Positions 40,401 to 53,136 of a stretch of DNA of 64,000 nt are shown one piece after another. A program made the position numbers and the translations under genes. Source of the DNA: Phoronis australis (taxonomy: Eukaryota > Animalia > Phoronida); assembly GCA_002633005.1 (NCBI GenBank), contig NMRA01000103.1:713612-777611 (forward strand), in the 5' to 3' direction. Position 1 is the stretch's first letter. Each line of letters starts with the position of its first letter. Under the pieces are notes generated by a model. It made no database searches. It was not told the DNA's origin and saw only the letters and a program-made list of their open reading frames with translations.

Positions 40401-43400
40401 TTTCACAAGGTGATAAATCTTCACGTTTCATGACAAAATTCTTATCTCACGCAATCCAGCAGTCATGCTGTATTATACACCTACACTGGGACACTACCCC
40501 TTACTTGTACTATAACAAGTGTCAATCCAGAAAAAGACAAGTTTTAATCCTCAGGTATGTCAATACAAGTGAACCACAAACCAAAACAAACCCTCAACAG
40601 GCCAAAGGTCATGTTTTGACAAGACATGTTTAGTCCACAATAGTGTTTAATGAGGCATAAAGATATTTTACCTGATGCAGATGGGCTGAGCTTACTTCAC
40701 TTGACAAAAGCACAGTGATCAGGTAAAAACGGTAATAAATATTTAACTGTAATTGACAGGTGTACAAGAAACTCACAGTAACCTTCTATTTAGCATAAAA
40801 TATGGTACAGGTTAGGAATTAATTTTGTTATGGTAAAAATTCTTTAGTTTGATTAGTCTCTAAAATTTGGAACCCTGCAATTCAAGTCAAAATTAATGTT
40901 TCTTGATTCTGAAGATTGGCGCATGGGTAATTTTACCATTCACCACATATCACAACCATTGGACACTGTACTTTATACGGATCAACAGACTGACAAAAAT
41001 TGCAAAAAAGCTGTCACTTTCTCATAAGTCATGAATTTGGGATAGCCAATATTGTCTGTGTCTAAAATTTGTTAAAAGCAACGACCTTGAGCAAACAAAT
41101 AAATTTTGTATTGTCCCAAACCAGAAAATTTTTACCTTAAAATTTTCAGCAAAAATTAATGCAAAGAAATTTTTTACTTTTATCATCAAGACATCTTTGT
41201 AATCAAGCAGCTAGCAGTCAACGAACAATAGATGGTAAAAGTAAAGTATCTGAGATGATGTTTTCACTTTAACAGTAAACTTAAAGTAGAAATGGTAAAA
41301 TTTATAATAGCCGAGTAGATACCCAGTGTTCACAAACCACACCTTGACTCTACCCACTTAGGCAAACGAAGGGTAGGACTCGGGGCAAAAATATGAGAGC
41401 AGTGTGCAGGCCACCTGTCCCCGCAGGTTCAGCTAAAAACAAAAAGAATTTCAATAAAGCTAATAAGTTGGTTGTCCACCAAATCCATCCTCAATCATCC
41501 TCCCCCTAATCATGAAGTCCAATAACACCTGGATGTTAACAGAGTTGGACAGCAAATAATTTGAGATATTTGCCAAAGTATCATAAGGTCTTATACAGGA
41601 CAACACTCCAACAAATTCGTCAACTAGCATGAGGCCCAGATGAGGGCCAACTCCAGTGCACATAGGTAACAGGTGTAATCCTACAAGAGGAGGACCTGAC
41701 ATGACTCAACTCAGGTATGCTTCATTTATTGGGGTCAATTGGTAGATATCAACGAGATAACCCAACTGGAGAATGCAAGAAATAATCTTTTAAAGTCCAT
41801 GTTAAAATTGCGTGGCACTGCTGGACCATTCGTCACGAATGCTGAGTGAGGACCAGCATTTATTATATAACAAAATCTGAACAATTGATTTTTTCACGTT
41901 TTTCATAAAAATAAGAAGCATCAAATTAATGCTTAGTCATTTAAAGTTTTATAACATATCCATCCTAAGAAAATGTTTTGAGAAATTGTGCACAGTCACA
42001 AAGATTTAACATCATTTGAAAAGCTTTTGAAAATTGAAATGCTTTTGGCAATTATATTTTTACGAAATCAGCAAGACTTTACAGTAACCAACACTCATCA
42101 TACAAAGTATGTACAATGTACCAAATAACTATCACATGTTCGTTGGACCGATCAAACTCGAAGCGAAATGAAAAAATCATTAGAATCCTGCAACCCTATG
42201 CCTACAGCAACAGTTAACCTGCCTCTCATCGCAAGTGCCCTCTTTTGATTTAGACCACATGCCATCGTGTTCCTTAGTGAAAATTAAAGTCACATAGCAG
42301 GTCAGTAGGCTCTACATGTTGACTTGTCATGGTGTGTCATTTTATGCATGGTTTCAAGGAATAACCAACTACCAGTTCTCAGCAATCCCAAAAGCTACTT
42401 TGCATCCCCATAAGGAACAACTTGAAGTCAACATACATAAGAAGACTAAATCAAAAATTTGCTTCTTGGAAGGAATGTTGGCTTGAAATAACTTTAATTT
42501 TAATAATTACCATAACGTTAATTCTGAAGCTGAAAACAACGTTGTGCGTTAAAATAACGCAAAAAATAAAGTAAACTATAAATTAAACAGAAGGTCAGCC
42601 AACTATAGAACGTTACTGGAGAGTTTAGTAGTGTAAATGTCAATCCTTCTCAACCCTCTGACTGATTATTAATCACTCATTCATTAAGACGATCAGTAAC
42701 AAGCTATCAAATGACCACAAATCATGTTTGCCCGTGACAAGCGCACAGAACCAAAGGATTTATAATAGACAATTAGTTACATCTTACTTCATAACATTTC
42801 CCCCCACAAAGGGATAATTACCTACACCTAAGTAAACAACTGCTCTAGAACAGTTAAGTTCTGACTAGTTCATGTTTATTAATGGTACAAACTTGCTTTA
42901 GGCTCCCTATATTCCATACACTAATAACTTGCCATATGGCTCTTTAACATAATGAGTTAATCATTAATATTGCAAGGAACCGAACAATATCGAGTCTAGA
43001 CAAACCAAGGATTCTACACACCACTGCCTTACACTAGACAAAAAGTTGGTTTACCTACAGCAGTACCAACACCCAACCAAAAGCTCGTAAAAGTCCCCAT
43101 TTAAAATCTAAACTCACAATAACTATTTAGTTTAAAGAAACTGGTTACAGGATCAGCGTGCCACGATTTAAATTAAGAAAAGGATCCGTGTACAAAGTCA
43201 ATATTCAAACAACAAGTCAATCCAAACAAGTGATATTTGCTAACAGTTTGTCACTCCTTACATTATATTTACAACTACTGAACAGTATTTGTTGCTAAAA
43301 TACATGTTTGCTTTCCAATGTCCAACAAGATAAGAAAGCTCCGCTCAAGGATTATTGAAAATACGCAAGTATTTGCGTAATTGCTCGATTTGCCAGAAAT

Positions 43401-43721
43401 CTCAGTAGGTGATTTCTATCTGTACACAGCTTGAAGAGCCTGGTTCCATAAGCCATTTGAAGAAGACTGAACGAACTTTGACAGTAACGAATAAACTCAG
43501 TAATCTACGAGTCTGGATACATGTATTGTACTGTATAATGTCTTTTGATTCATGTTGAAAATATTATGATTTTGACTATGTTTGTTTTCATAGTATATAC
43601 CGTATTCTTTAATACATCTCTGTAAATTATTTTCTTCTGTTTATTGTACTGGTAAATAGCACTTGTGCTAATGTTGTGTGGTTGTACCTACCCAAACCAA
43701 TGTGATGTGAAATAAATGTTT

Positions 43722-43772
43722 TACTAACTTACTTACTTACTTACTAACTAACTTACTTTCTAACTTACTTAT
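43722..43772 (+). repeat. (ACTT/ACTA)n microsatellite, probably a LINE tail
   Basis: Tetranucleotide array directly after AATAAA. Confidence 0.75.
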
Positions 43773-44506
43773 TTAATTAAGTGTAGATTCTGGGTGGAGG
43801 CTCAAGTCTGGCAGTCAATTGAGTCCAAATGTTGCTTGACTAAATTAGAATTTTAAAATCAAAACTAACCATAAAAATAATTCAGTAGATTTGTGTAAAT
43901 CAATTTCATGGTTTTCTATTACTTTACTATGGAAAAGAGGGAAATTGTACAAGTTTTGCTGCTGAACTCATGCTAATACATTGCAGATTCCTTCTGATCT
44001 TGCAAGCCCCTAAAGTGGTGCACTTGTACCTAAGTGTTACGTAATAATAACAACTAGGTCCATATGTATGTTCAGACACGTATTCAACAAGAATTGGACT
44101 AACAATGAATCGTGTACAGTTACAGGCTTAGAACGCAACGGAATTAACAACAAAGAACAGGCAAAATATTGAAGGCAGAAATCCCTGGTTAAAAGTTTGT
44201 TCTAAAATTTTGAACACGAGAAACGGAACAATCTCGCAAAGAGTTGTTTTCAAAGTGATGTATGTCGACACTTCACAGTTTCATGGCCACGACACTAAAC
44301 CGTTGAAGGTACTTGAGAGATTACGAACCAGGTAGAAATAATTACAAGGAAAACACCACTGCAAGCAGTGAAATTTTTGAAAGTGTGTCAAATCGCAACA
44401 CCACTACGAGTTCTCGCCGTATGGGAATACTGTCAAAGAACAACTTCACGTTCACATACAAAGTATTTTCGCTTCAGAAGCCTTTTTTCTACAGACAAGT
44501 ACTCAC

Positions 44507-44640
44507 CTCTGCTGCGATCTTGCTTCTTTAGCAAATAGGTAGAGCCGTGGACCATAGACTATAATAGGATGCTTGGACAAAAGACTGAAATGTGGGAAGC
44601 GTAAGAGAGTAGTTGACAACACAACTAACGCCATTCAAGT
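44507..44640 (-). other. Candidate upstream 5'UTR (first) exon of liprin-beta
   Basis: Consensus donor AG|GTGAGT at 44507/44506. Coding exon 1 has an acceptor upstream of its ATG, so some upstream exon is required. The 5' boundary given is a guess. Confidence 0.3.
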
Positions 44641-45958
44641 GCGGCAAACTACACGTGATTTTGAACAAAGGGACACAACTCCTAAAGTGGAATTAGCACT
44701 TGTCTTCTGAAATGGTTGCGCCAGCGACAGAGCAATTGGACAAAAAAAAAACGGCTAACAGCGGCTGTTTTAGAAATGACAGAAAGGAAGAAAGACTTTG
44801 TAAACAAGTAACAAGTTACCATCAGTACAGAATACAATGAGTGTTGTTAGAACAGTATGTATCAATCAACACCTGTCCACTGGCGGATCCCAGGGTTATG
44901 TCATGAGAGCCGTGGGGAAGGGGTGCTAACTACAGTTTTTGAAGGAAAACTCGCATAGGCCGTAAAATTGGCACGCCGATGGCGGTTATTTTTTGGCTAT
45001 GTGCGGAGAGAGTGAGCCTGGTCTCCTGACCCTCCCTAAATCCCCCTGTGATGCCATCTGTTATTTTATTGAATATTTAAAAGCAAAAGTTGAATATCTG
45101 ATTTTTTGTTGTGCCTATCCTGAGTCCAAAAGAAAGACTGAAAACATTTCTCTTTTAAAATCGATTGATGATCAGAAATTAAACGTAGTAATTTTGAATA
45201 TAAATCAGATTTTTGATTTTCGTTTGAGACATTGATTTTTTATAAAACTCTACTCCGGATACTAACTTTTGTATTGCATCAGACCCAACGTGAATCTTCT
45301 TGACATCAAAAAGTGTCCTCGTCTGTCCGCACACAAATACCAGAAAAAGAACTCCCATATTTCTTAATCCTATATGTACATGAATTTAGGCCTATGCTCA
45401 TAAACCCGAATGGCTTTTTAAAAAATATTTTTTTCTTATCTCGACATACGCCCAATATTTTCTTCTGAACGCGTGTGGCCTTCGCTTGCATATGCGTATG
45501 TCTTGAAATGCGGATTTTCCATGAATATTTCTCTGCGCTCCGTCCAAGAAGCAACCACTTGTTTCAATAAAATTGGCTTCAACTTTTTTCTGACTCGAAT
45601 GAGAAGTCATTTCCGAGGTTTGCAAAGAACAGACTGTTAATTATTCCTCGAGACCATGCTCTGGGCATAAAATGAAGCGCTGTGACTATCCACCTTGTAG
45701 AGCTTGATCTAAACCAATCGCTATCAGTTCTTTGTCTAGACTCACATCTACATCCTATTTCACAAATGAATAATTAAATTAGTTCAAAGCAATCCCAAAA
45801 CGGTAAGCGGTCTAAACGAACGCATGTTTTTTTGTTATGGAAGGTGGGTTTATTGTCTCTGTAAATATAAGACATGCCAACTTCTAATAGTTTGTTACGA
45901 AGGAGCCAAGTTCCACTCACACAATACTTTGAAAATAATCTCGTTTTTGGTCAAGCGT

Positions 45959-46128
45959 CAGGGGCAGATCCAAGCTTTTGAGTTAGGGGAGGGGGGTGCA
46001 GGACAGAGTATTAGCCAGGATTTTCCGTTCAGGCATTCGCACCCCCAAAGTGCCAAATGGAATATGGGAGAATTTTAGGGGGGCATGACACCCTTTCCCA
46101 CCCCCCTCCCCTCTTAAATCCGCCACTG
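45959..46128. mobile_element. MITE family A copy (opposite orientation)
   Basis: Reverse complement of the 3842-4004 element, including internal sequence. Flanks are AGCGT and ACCGT. Confidence 0.85.
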
Positions 46129-47886
46129 ACCGTTACTTTCATTTACAGAGCGCGTCTGCCTAATTTCAGGCGAGCTTAGACGGCTTCAAGTATATGAGCC
46201 TAACGTTCAGACACAAGTCGAATCGGTGATCAAGTTTGCTTAGTGGGTAATCGCCAAGTTTCCAACAAATTACAGTTAATCAGTGGATCAAGACCGGAAG
46301 CTCGTTAGGGCTTTCGGATTTGGATACATTTTTGCAAAATTGGAAGACATGACGATCACTGGCAATTAGTATTATGTTAGGAAATTTCCATATCTATCGC
46401 CAACTCCTAATTCAGGATGTTTTTAAACGGCAGTCTTTTGATACTTTAAAATTGAGAAATGTTTATTATACAATCTCATATAAAATCTCAGGATTTCAAT
46501 AACAGATGGGCATCTGTAGACAAAGTACTTTTATTTTGTTTTGAGTTGTAAAGGCCCCCGTCTTTCGCATTTCTGTGTGGATGTGGGTATTAATGTTTGT
46601 TTCTCAAATGTTTTGGTTAATAAACGTTAAAGTGTTTCGCTCATATAGTATTTTACAATGTGCATCTCGGTATTATCTAGCGTTTTACATAAATTCAGGA
46701 TATCTGTCCAGCTTCACATATGCAGGCGCATGACTCTAAAGACGTGAAGATTCAATAGTTAAAAAGTGATATTTGGTTGGTTTGCATGAAATCGTACTAG
46801 GCCTACAACTTGAGAACTTTTCAAGCTTATTTTCTAAAATGAGTTACGAACGAAAAAAGACGGACGGTGTAGCGTCAGAGTTGTCAGAGTTGTGCGTAAC
46901 GGGTGCTTTTGTATGGTTGAGGGACACCCTCCACTGACCGATGCCGCAATGCACCAGGTTGCTGTCGTGACCGAAATTTGTGTCTGCCCGAGTTGATCAG
47001 ACTGTGAAGTTTGCCACAACGAACAGCCGGAATGCATACCGCAAATCAAGTGGTAGCAAACGCGGTTCAGGTAGAAATTAGTTGCAACCTGGGCGTAGTC
47101 GCAGAATTTGAAAACGTCAAAACTATCTCCCTCCCCCCTCAACAATGTGTGTAGTTAAAGGGGGCGGTGTTTCGCTACTGTTGAGTTGTCAGTGTTGAAT
47201 ACTTAACGGAATCGCTTTCAGGTATAAAAACGTTACCACCCTCATCCAATCTTCAAGTGTTACAGAATGAGTTGGCAACTCAAGTCGCAGGCGCTATTTT
47301 CGAATTCGCAATTTTAGGGTTGGCCAAGGTCAATAGGCAATGATTTCGTAACTTATTTGAGATTGGTCATGCCAGGCAAGACCAGTGTGCCAGCGACGAA
47401 AAGGTCACGTTAAATATCCGAGGAACAATTAAAATATAAGTTGGGAATTTGTAGCTCACATGTCCTTCATTGTTACTAAATCAAGGCTTTGAATTTTATT
47501 TTCTTTGACAAAACAACAGAGATAAGAATTAAACAAAAGTGCCTGATACTTGAAAGACCAAGCTGAACATATTGAATTGCCAAATTTCCATGACCAATAA
47601 TTTTTGGCGCTTTTTCAAAGGATTAGGCCTGCCATTTAGAAGTAATATTCCCATTGAAATGTTAATGAAGGGAGCATTAATTACAATGCAAAAATTGTAC
47701 GTCAGGTTAGGGCACATGGCAATCAGTTTAATTTGGATAAATTTAATAACGAATTTTACGAGGACATGGCTTGACATAAAGCTCTTCGTGAATCGTCGAT
47801 TAACTTGATGATGAAAACCGTATTGTTATCAAGAATACTTACTAGTGCTTTGTTAGCGGAACTTTAATCGAAGTTCAGGATGTAGT

Positions 47887-48046
47887 AAGTGGCGGATTTA
47901 AGGGGGGGACAAGGGAGGCAAGGCCCCCCTTAAAATTTCCCCCAGATTCCATTTGGCAGTTCGGCGGTACGAAAGTCTGATGGGCAAAATCCTGGCTAAT
48001 ACTGTGCCCTGGCTCTTCTTAATTCAAAATCCTGGATCCGCCCCTG
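47887..48046. mobile_element. MITE family A copy
   Basis: Shares cccagattccatttggcagttcgg...gaaagtctgatgggcaaaatcctggctaatact and the termini with 3842-4004. Confidence 0.85.
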
Positions 48047-49084
48047 GGACTTAACGCTGTTATAATAGTTCGTTTGTATTGTGAATTTTTGAAAACAATA
48101 CGGGATTGATTCGATGGCCAATTTAAATCGAAAGTTTTCTCGTCGTCTAGTGTTTAGAGTTAATCCATTGTCTCCGTCACTGAGAATCAAAGAAAGACCT
48201 ACGAGTCCCTCATCCGTTGCAGCGGTAGTAGGCCTATTAGCCCTTTGCCAAATGTGAATAAAGTTTGTGTCAAGGCCAAAAACCACAGTTGGTTCTGTTC
48301 AGTGAAAATCGAGTCGATGGTGGGCTATTTTTAGTTGATCATCTTTTCAAAATACCTCCTCCCCGAAACGAGCAGAAATGTCGAGAGAGTTTTTATTTTT
48401 TAAAGAATCAAAAGTTGCATAGAGCCAGAGCAAAACGTCGCTGTTGAGATTTTATCGTGAAAATTTATACCAAAGAAGCAGACATGTATACGTTTGAGTG
48501 TCATTTCGTGACACCAAAAAAAAACGATTTTTACTCCAAAATTACAATAACTCAAACCAAATTTCCCTGATGAGGAAAAAACAGAGAGTGTATTTTGCCA
48601 AAATCGCTTTTGAACTTAGAAATAGTTTTGTAAATACCTGTCATCGAACGATATTTAGAAATTTTTGTCGGCACTTCGTTATTCCACTGGTTGCTATCGG
48701 GCTGGACAGAATTGTGTATTCTGTCCACGTATGTGCATCTTTTGTGCATTTTCCTTCTTTTTCATTCAGTGAATTATAAGTTCTTTGTAGGGCTAGCAGT
48801 GTCATTATATTAAATTTATTACTCACTGCTACTGCTACTGCTGCATCATTCAGTATTGTTTGAATTTCAGTAAAACCAGCATAATTGAATTGTTGCGATT
48901 TTCCCCAGCGGCAGGGGATTTTGTTGGCAACATGGTGCTACTTTTACTATGAAGCGGTTACAATGCCATCTTCCATTGTTTATAATGTTTATTACGAAAT
49001 ATTCGATACAATGAATATACATAACCCAGAAAGCGCGAAGAGGCATTATATCTGGATTAACGAAGTACAAAGAAATCTATTATA

Positions 49085-49212
49085 CAGGGCTCGACATAAC
49101 GAGCTGCAGGTCGCATTTGCGACCTGAAATTTGGAAATGCGAGCTGAGATTTTTGTCAGCTCGTATCAAGTCGCAAAATGCGACCTGGCGATTTTAATAG
49201 TGTCGAGCCCTG
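49085..49212. mobile_element. Short hAT-like MITE
   Basis: TIRs CAGGGCTCGACA and TGTCGAGCCCTG, with internal gtcgca..tgcgacctg repeats. Confidence 0.7.
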
Positions 49213-49467
49213 CTATATACAATTATTTTACACAAATACATAAATTAAAAAAAAACTGTTGTTAAGATTACAATGACGTATGATTACGAAAGTAAATAAA
49301 TCATTTTCATACACATGTATACAATTCTATCCACTCACACAAAGAGGTTTAATATTATAAAGAAATTTTGATACTATTTTGAATAAAACCTTATTTTCAT
49401 TTGGTTGCCATCTTCCATCACAGAACCAACTTTTGTTTTATTTATGTCGCTTGCCGTTACGAAACTG

Positions 49468-49664
49468 GGACCCGTTCCAACAAAACTAACTTTGCTAAGA
49501 CAATAAATTTTATTTAATTTTAAGATAAAGCTTAAATTTGTATCGAGAAAGAGATCTTAGTTTGACTTGAATTTTTTATATAAGTTTTGTCATACTTTTG
49601 AGTCATACCGGATCTTAGACTTAAGTAAGAAAATGAACTTAAGTCAGTTTCTTGGAACAGATCC
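49468..49664. mobile_element. MITE with CTG target duplication; related copy at about 3205-3432
   Basis: TIRs ggacccgttccaa and ttggaacagatcc with CTG flanks. The internal cttagacttaagt motif is shared, inverted, with 3205-3432. Confidence 0.7.
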
Positions 49665-51566
49665 CTGATACCAGTCCGTTGATTTAGACAAATTGAAGAT
49701 AATTTCAGGAATTCGTAAGAAATGATAGTTTGTTATTGGTTGAGATCCGGCTTCACAAGTTGACTTGTCAAGGCTTCTTAACGAACTGTCAGTTTTTAGA
49801 AATTCTCAGAAATGACTCATAATCTGAGTTAGGAACAAATTGAGACCAAAGTAGTCTAGATTAAAAGTTCACTTCTTGGAGGATCATAGCCGCTTTAATA
49901 TATTCTTTCATACACTCAGTTGCATGTTGAAATGGACAAATAAAAAATACGAAACCATGACATTGGATTAATGCAATCTTAACAAAAGCACCATTTTGAA
50001 GAGGGGAACATAACATCGTGAACTCGTGTTATATGATGTAATAAAAAGTACAAATCATATTGTTACTCAAAAATGACACATTTAAAGCTTAAAATAAGCA
50101 TTTCGACATTTCTTTTCTCTCAAATATATTGTTGTTGACTCTCGGAACAAGAAAACCTGTCGATGTCGCTACTAAATGCAAGACAGATCATTTTCTTTTG
50201 TATTCAACAGAGAGTGTAAAAGCTTAATTAATGCTGCACAAAACGATGGTACAAAGGCCAAAATGTCTTTTCCACAGTGGCTGCAGGGGCAACGTAGAGC
50301 ATGTTTCTGATTGTCAGTTGCTCTCGTCACGCTGTACGAACTAAAAGCTTATCCGTGTTTCGACGGATTTCTAGACATGTAATTCAGAATGTCATTTTCA
50401 ACCTGTTTCAGCCATCGAGTTACCCAGTGCCTGAGAAGGGCGTAAACAGAACGTTTCATTTGTGCACATGCGCAAGTACCATATTGAATGCTGAAACTGT
50501 AAGCGCACGCATCGTTTTAAATCCGTGTGCCATTGCTTAATTCAAAATGAAATAGCTCCTATATCATTTCCACAATAATTGATCTTTTTAAAAGTCACAC
50601 AAACGTATTCATAATAGTTTTCAACACGTTGGGTAGCCACTGAAAGTAAGCAGAAGGTGATTTGAACTAAATGCCGTTATAAAACTGGCATCAATTTGCT
50701 CCTATAAAGCTCCGATTTACAGCAACAAACGTTCTATTTTGCTTACTCGAACAACAGATGATCCTAATCGTGCCGGTCACAAATTGGATTTTGTGGATCG
50801 AACAAGGTAGTCACTCATTTCCCACATGACCGTCGATTAAAAAAACTCAGAACTTAATGGTCGCTGATCTGAGTCCTTTCAAGGAATCAAATTCATTCCA
50901 AACTCTTGACAGTTACAACCCGGGTTACGTATCTTTAAAATGCTGGATCCTTGTCTTGTACTATTTTTGACTGACCTTGAATTGTTTGGAACTGAAAACA
51001 GACAAGATTTTGAGAGCTTTCACAACCTTTTCATTTTCCCCCAAAACCCGTCAATACATCGTTTGACAACAGTAGGCGGACTAACGCCGACCACGGCTTT
51101 TCGGGGAACACGTATTGAAAATTCCTCGATTTAAAGAATCCATGAAAAGCACTATCGCGAATGAGGGATTTTTGTATTAGGACCAAAGTTCATAATTCGT
51201 TTCGATGTATATAACATACCAAACAAAATCGACACATTTCAAAATGCGCGCTTGCACTTTACCCCCTTTGCCAGACAATTTGATCATCCAACAGCAATGG
51301 TTCAGGTTTGGTGGAAATCGCAAAAATTTTACTAATTAATTTTTAGGAAAGGATGTGGAGATGTCGATTATCACACTAAACTGTACAGCAGAACGTGAGC
51401 CAGAACTCGGTTTGTAGAGGTATCGAATTATCCCCCTTGGTAAAAAACAGCTCTTCTGTAAGTGGAGATAACACCAGACAACCGCCATTTTTGAAACGAA
51501 AACTCGGAAGAAACTTAGAAATGTGAAGAAAGATTAACCGAAATAACCATAGCAGGCAAAAGTGCT

Positions 51567-51635
51567 ATGGAGAATGACAAAGAAAATGTCTCACCAACTG
51601 AAGATGAGTCGAGATCTTCGACGAGCAAACCTAAG
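51567..51635 (+). CDS. Candidate first coding exon (MENDKENVSPTEDESRSSTSKPK) of an unidentified gene or transposon
   Basis: gctATGG start, 23 open codons, donor AAG|GTAGGA, YY1-like CCGCCATTTT at about 51482. No downstream exon was identified. Confidence 0.3.
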
Positions 51636-52802
51636 GTAGGACGTTTTCGTTTGTAGCTGGGATGTTATCGCTAGACACCAATACTAGGGCGGTCGAATCG
51701 AATTTTTTTTCGTTTTGAAAAAAGACCTTACCACCATTGGAAAGATATTGTATTCCACTCCACAAAAGTTGGTTAGAGCAGTGCAATGTTATTGCCGTTT
51801 TTGTGGCGAAATTTGGGTCAATTTTGGATAGAGTTCGGCCATCTTGGATAGTTGTGAAAAGTTTCGACTTTAGCGCTCAATTTTAAGCATTATTGTTCAA
51901 CAGTTAAAGATGAAATTACTTTAACCACTAATATAGCTTCCAAGGTCAGCACTCGGCCAAGTGTTCTATTAATAATTGGGGTCGGCTGGCCAAGCAGACA
52001 CACAAGTTCGGCCTATTAACGCGGTACAAGAGAAAAGTCCGGAGTATACTCACATTACGTCCGCACAGGACGGTGTCGCGTGAAATTTCTTTCCCGTGAA
52101 ATTTCTTCCCAATCCGACTTTGCGCATGCGCAGATTGGCCAGGTTGGCATCCGGTCTTGAGAGCGTGAAATTTCTTCCCAGGGCACTTCTGTACGCTACT
52201 GTGAGACAGTTGAGTCGTTATCTCCTACGAACACGAATAATCAAGGATTGTTCTCCGGCTTCATTTTCGGAGCGCTCCACGCGCTCAGGGCGCATTCAAT
52301 GATTTTTAATCTACGAATTCACTTTTCCTTAGCAAGAAAGTGTAAATATTTTACTACAATTTTTACCCATTGTAGCTGTGATGGTCCATTTTTCCCACGG
52401 CGTGTGATTTTGTAAAATGATCTTAGAGTTTTTAATACGTCTCCTGATTCTCGCTAATTATTTCGCTTGCTGGAGCTTTCCTAAACCGATTTTGAAAATT
52501 TCCCTTTTTCCGAATCTTATGAACTGAATTTCCTGGAAAAAACAAGGTTTCCAATTTCTGTGTTTTCTTTTAGTGTACATTTTTGTAAGACTTTTCTGAA
52601 AGATGCGTTTGATGATGTAGGAACGCTATTTCACACAGGACANNNNNNNNNNNNNNNNNNNNNNNNNNNNNNNNNNNNNNNNNNNNNNNNNNNNNNNNNN
52701 NNNNNNNNNNNNNNNNNNNNNNNNNNNNNNNNNNNNNNNNNNNNNNNNNNNNNNNNNNNNNNNNNNNNNNNNNNNNNNNNNNNNNNNNNNNNNNNNNNNN
52801 NN

Positions 52803-53105
52803 ACCTCCATGGGTACAGAGGGTTGAAACTCTGCAGCCTCAGGGCCGGATGAATAAGGATCATCCAGAATGGAATCGTCAAAATCCCCCTCCGAGGAGAA
52901 GGATGTGGAGGGTTCCTGAGGTTCTGGACCACCTCCTTCCGTAGAAGTTGATGGGCCACAATCCACAAATGGTGCCGGCACCGGCATACCCTCGCCCTGT
53001 GGGGGGCGGGCACGACGGCGACGGCCGCTGAAACCGTTACCTGGGTAGGGGCATTCGCATTGCCCCTAAAAACGGGTAGGTCGGGATTCTGCTTTAATCT
53101 CACAT
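52803..53105 (-). mobile_element. Extra ORF immediately 3' of the Gypsy pol (PGNGFSGRRRRARPPQGEGMPVPAPF...SEGDFDDSILDDPY...), truncated by an N gap
   Basis: GC-rich, low-complexity Pro/Ser/acidic frame with a basic cluster. Preceded by a polypyrimidine tract and AG just after the pol stop. Confidence 0.45.
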
Positions 53106-53136
53106 CTTGACAAGAGAACCAAAAAATAAAAACAAT

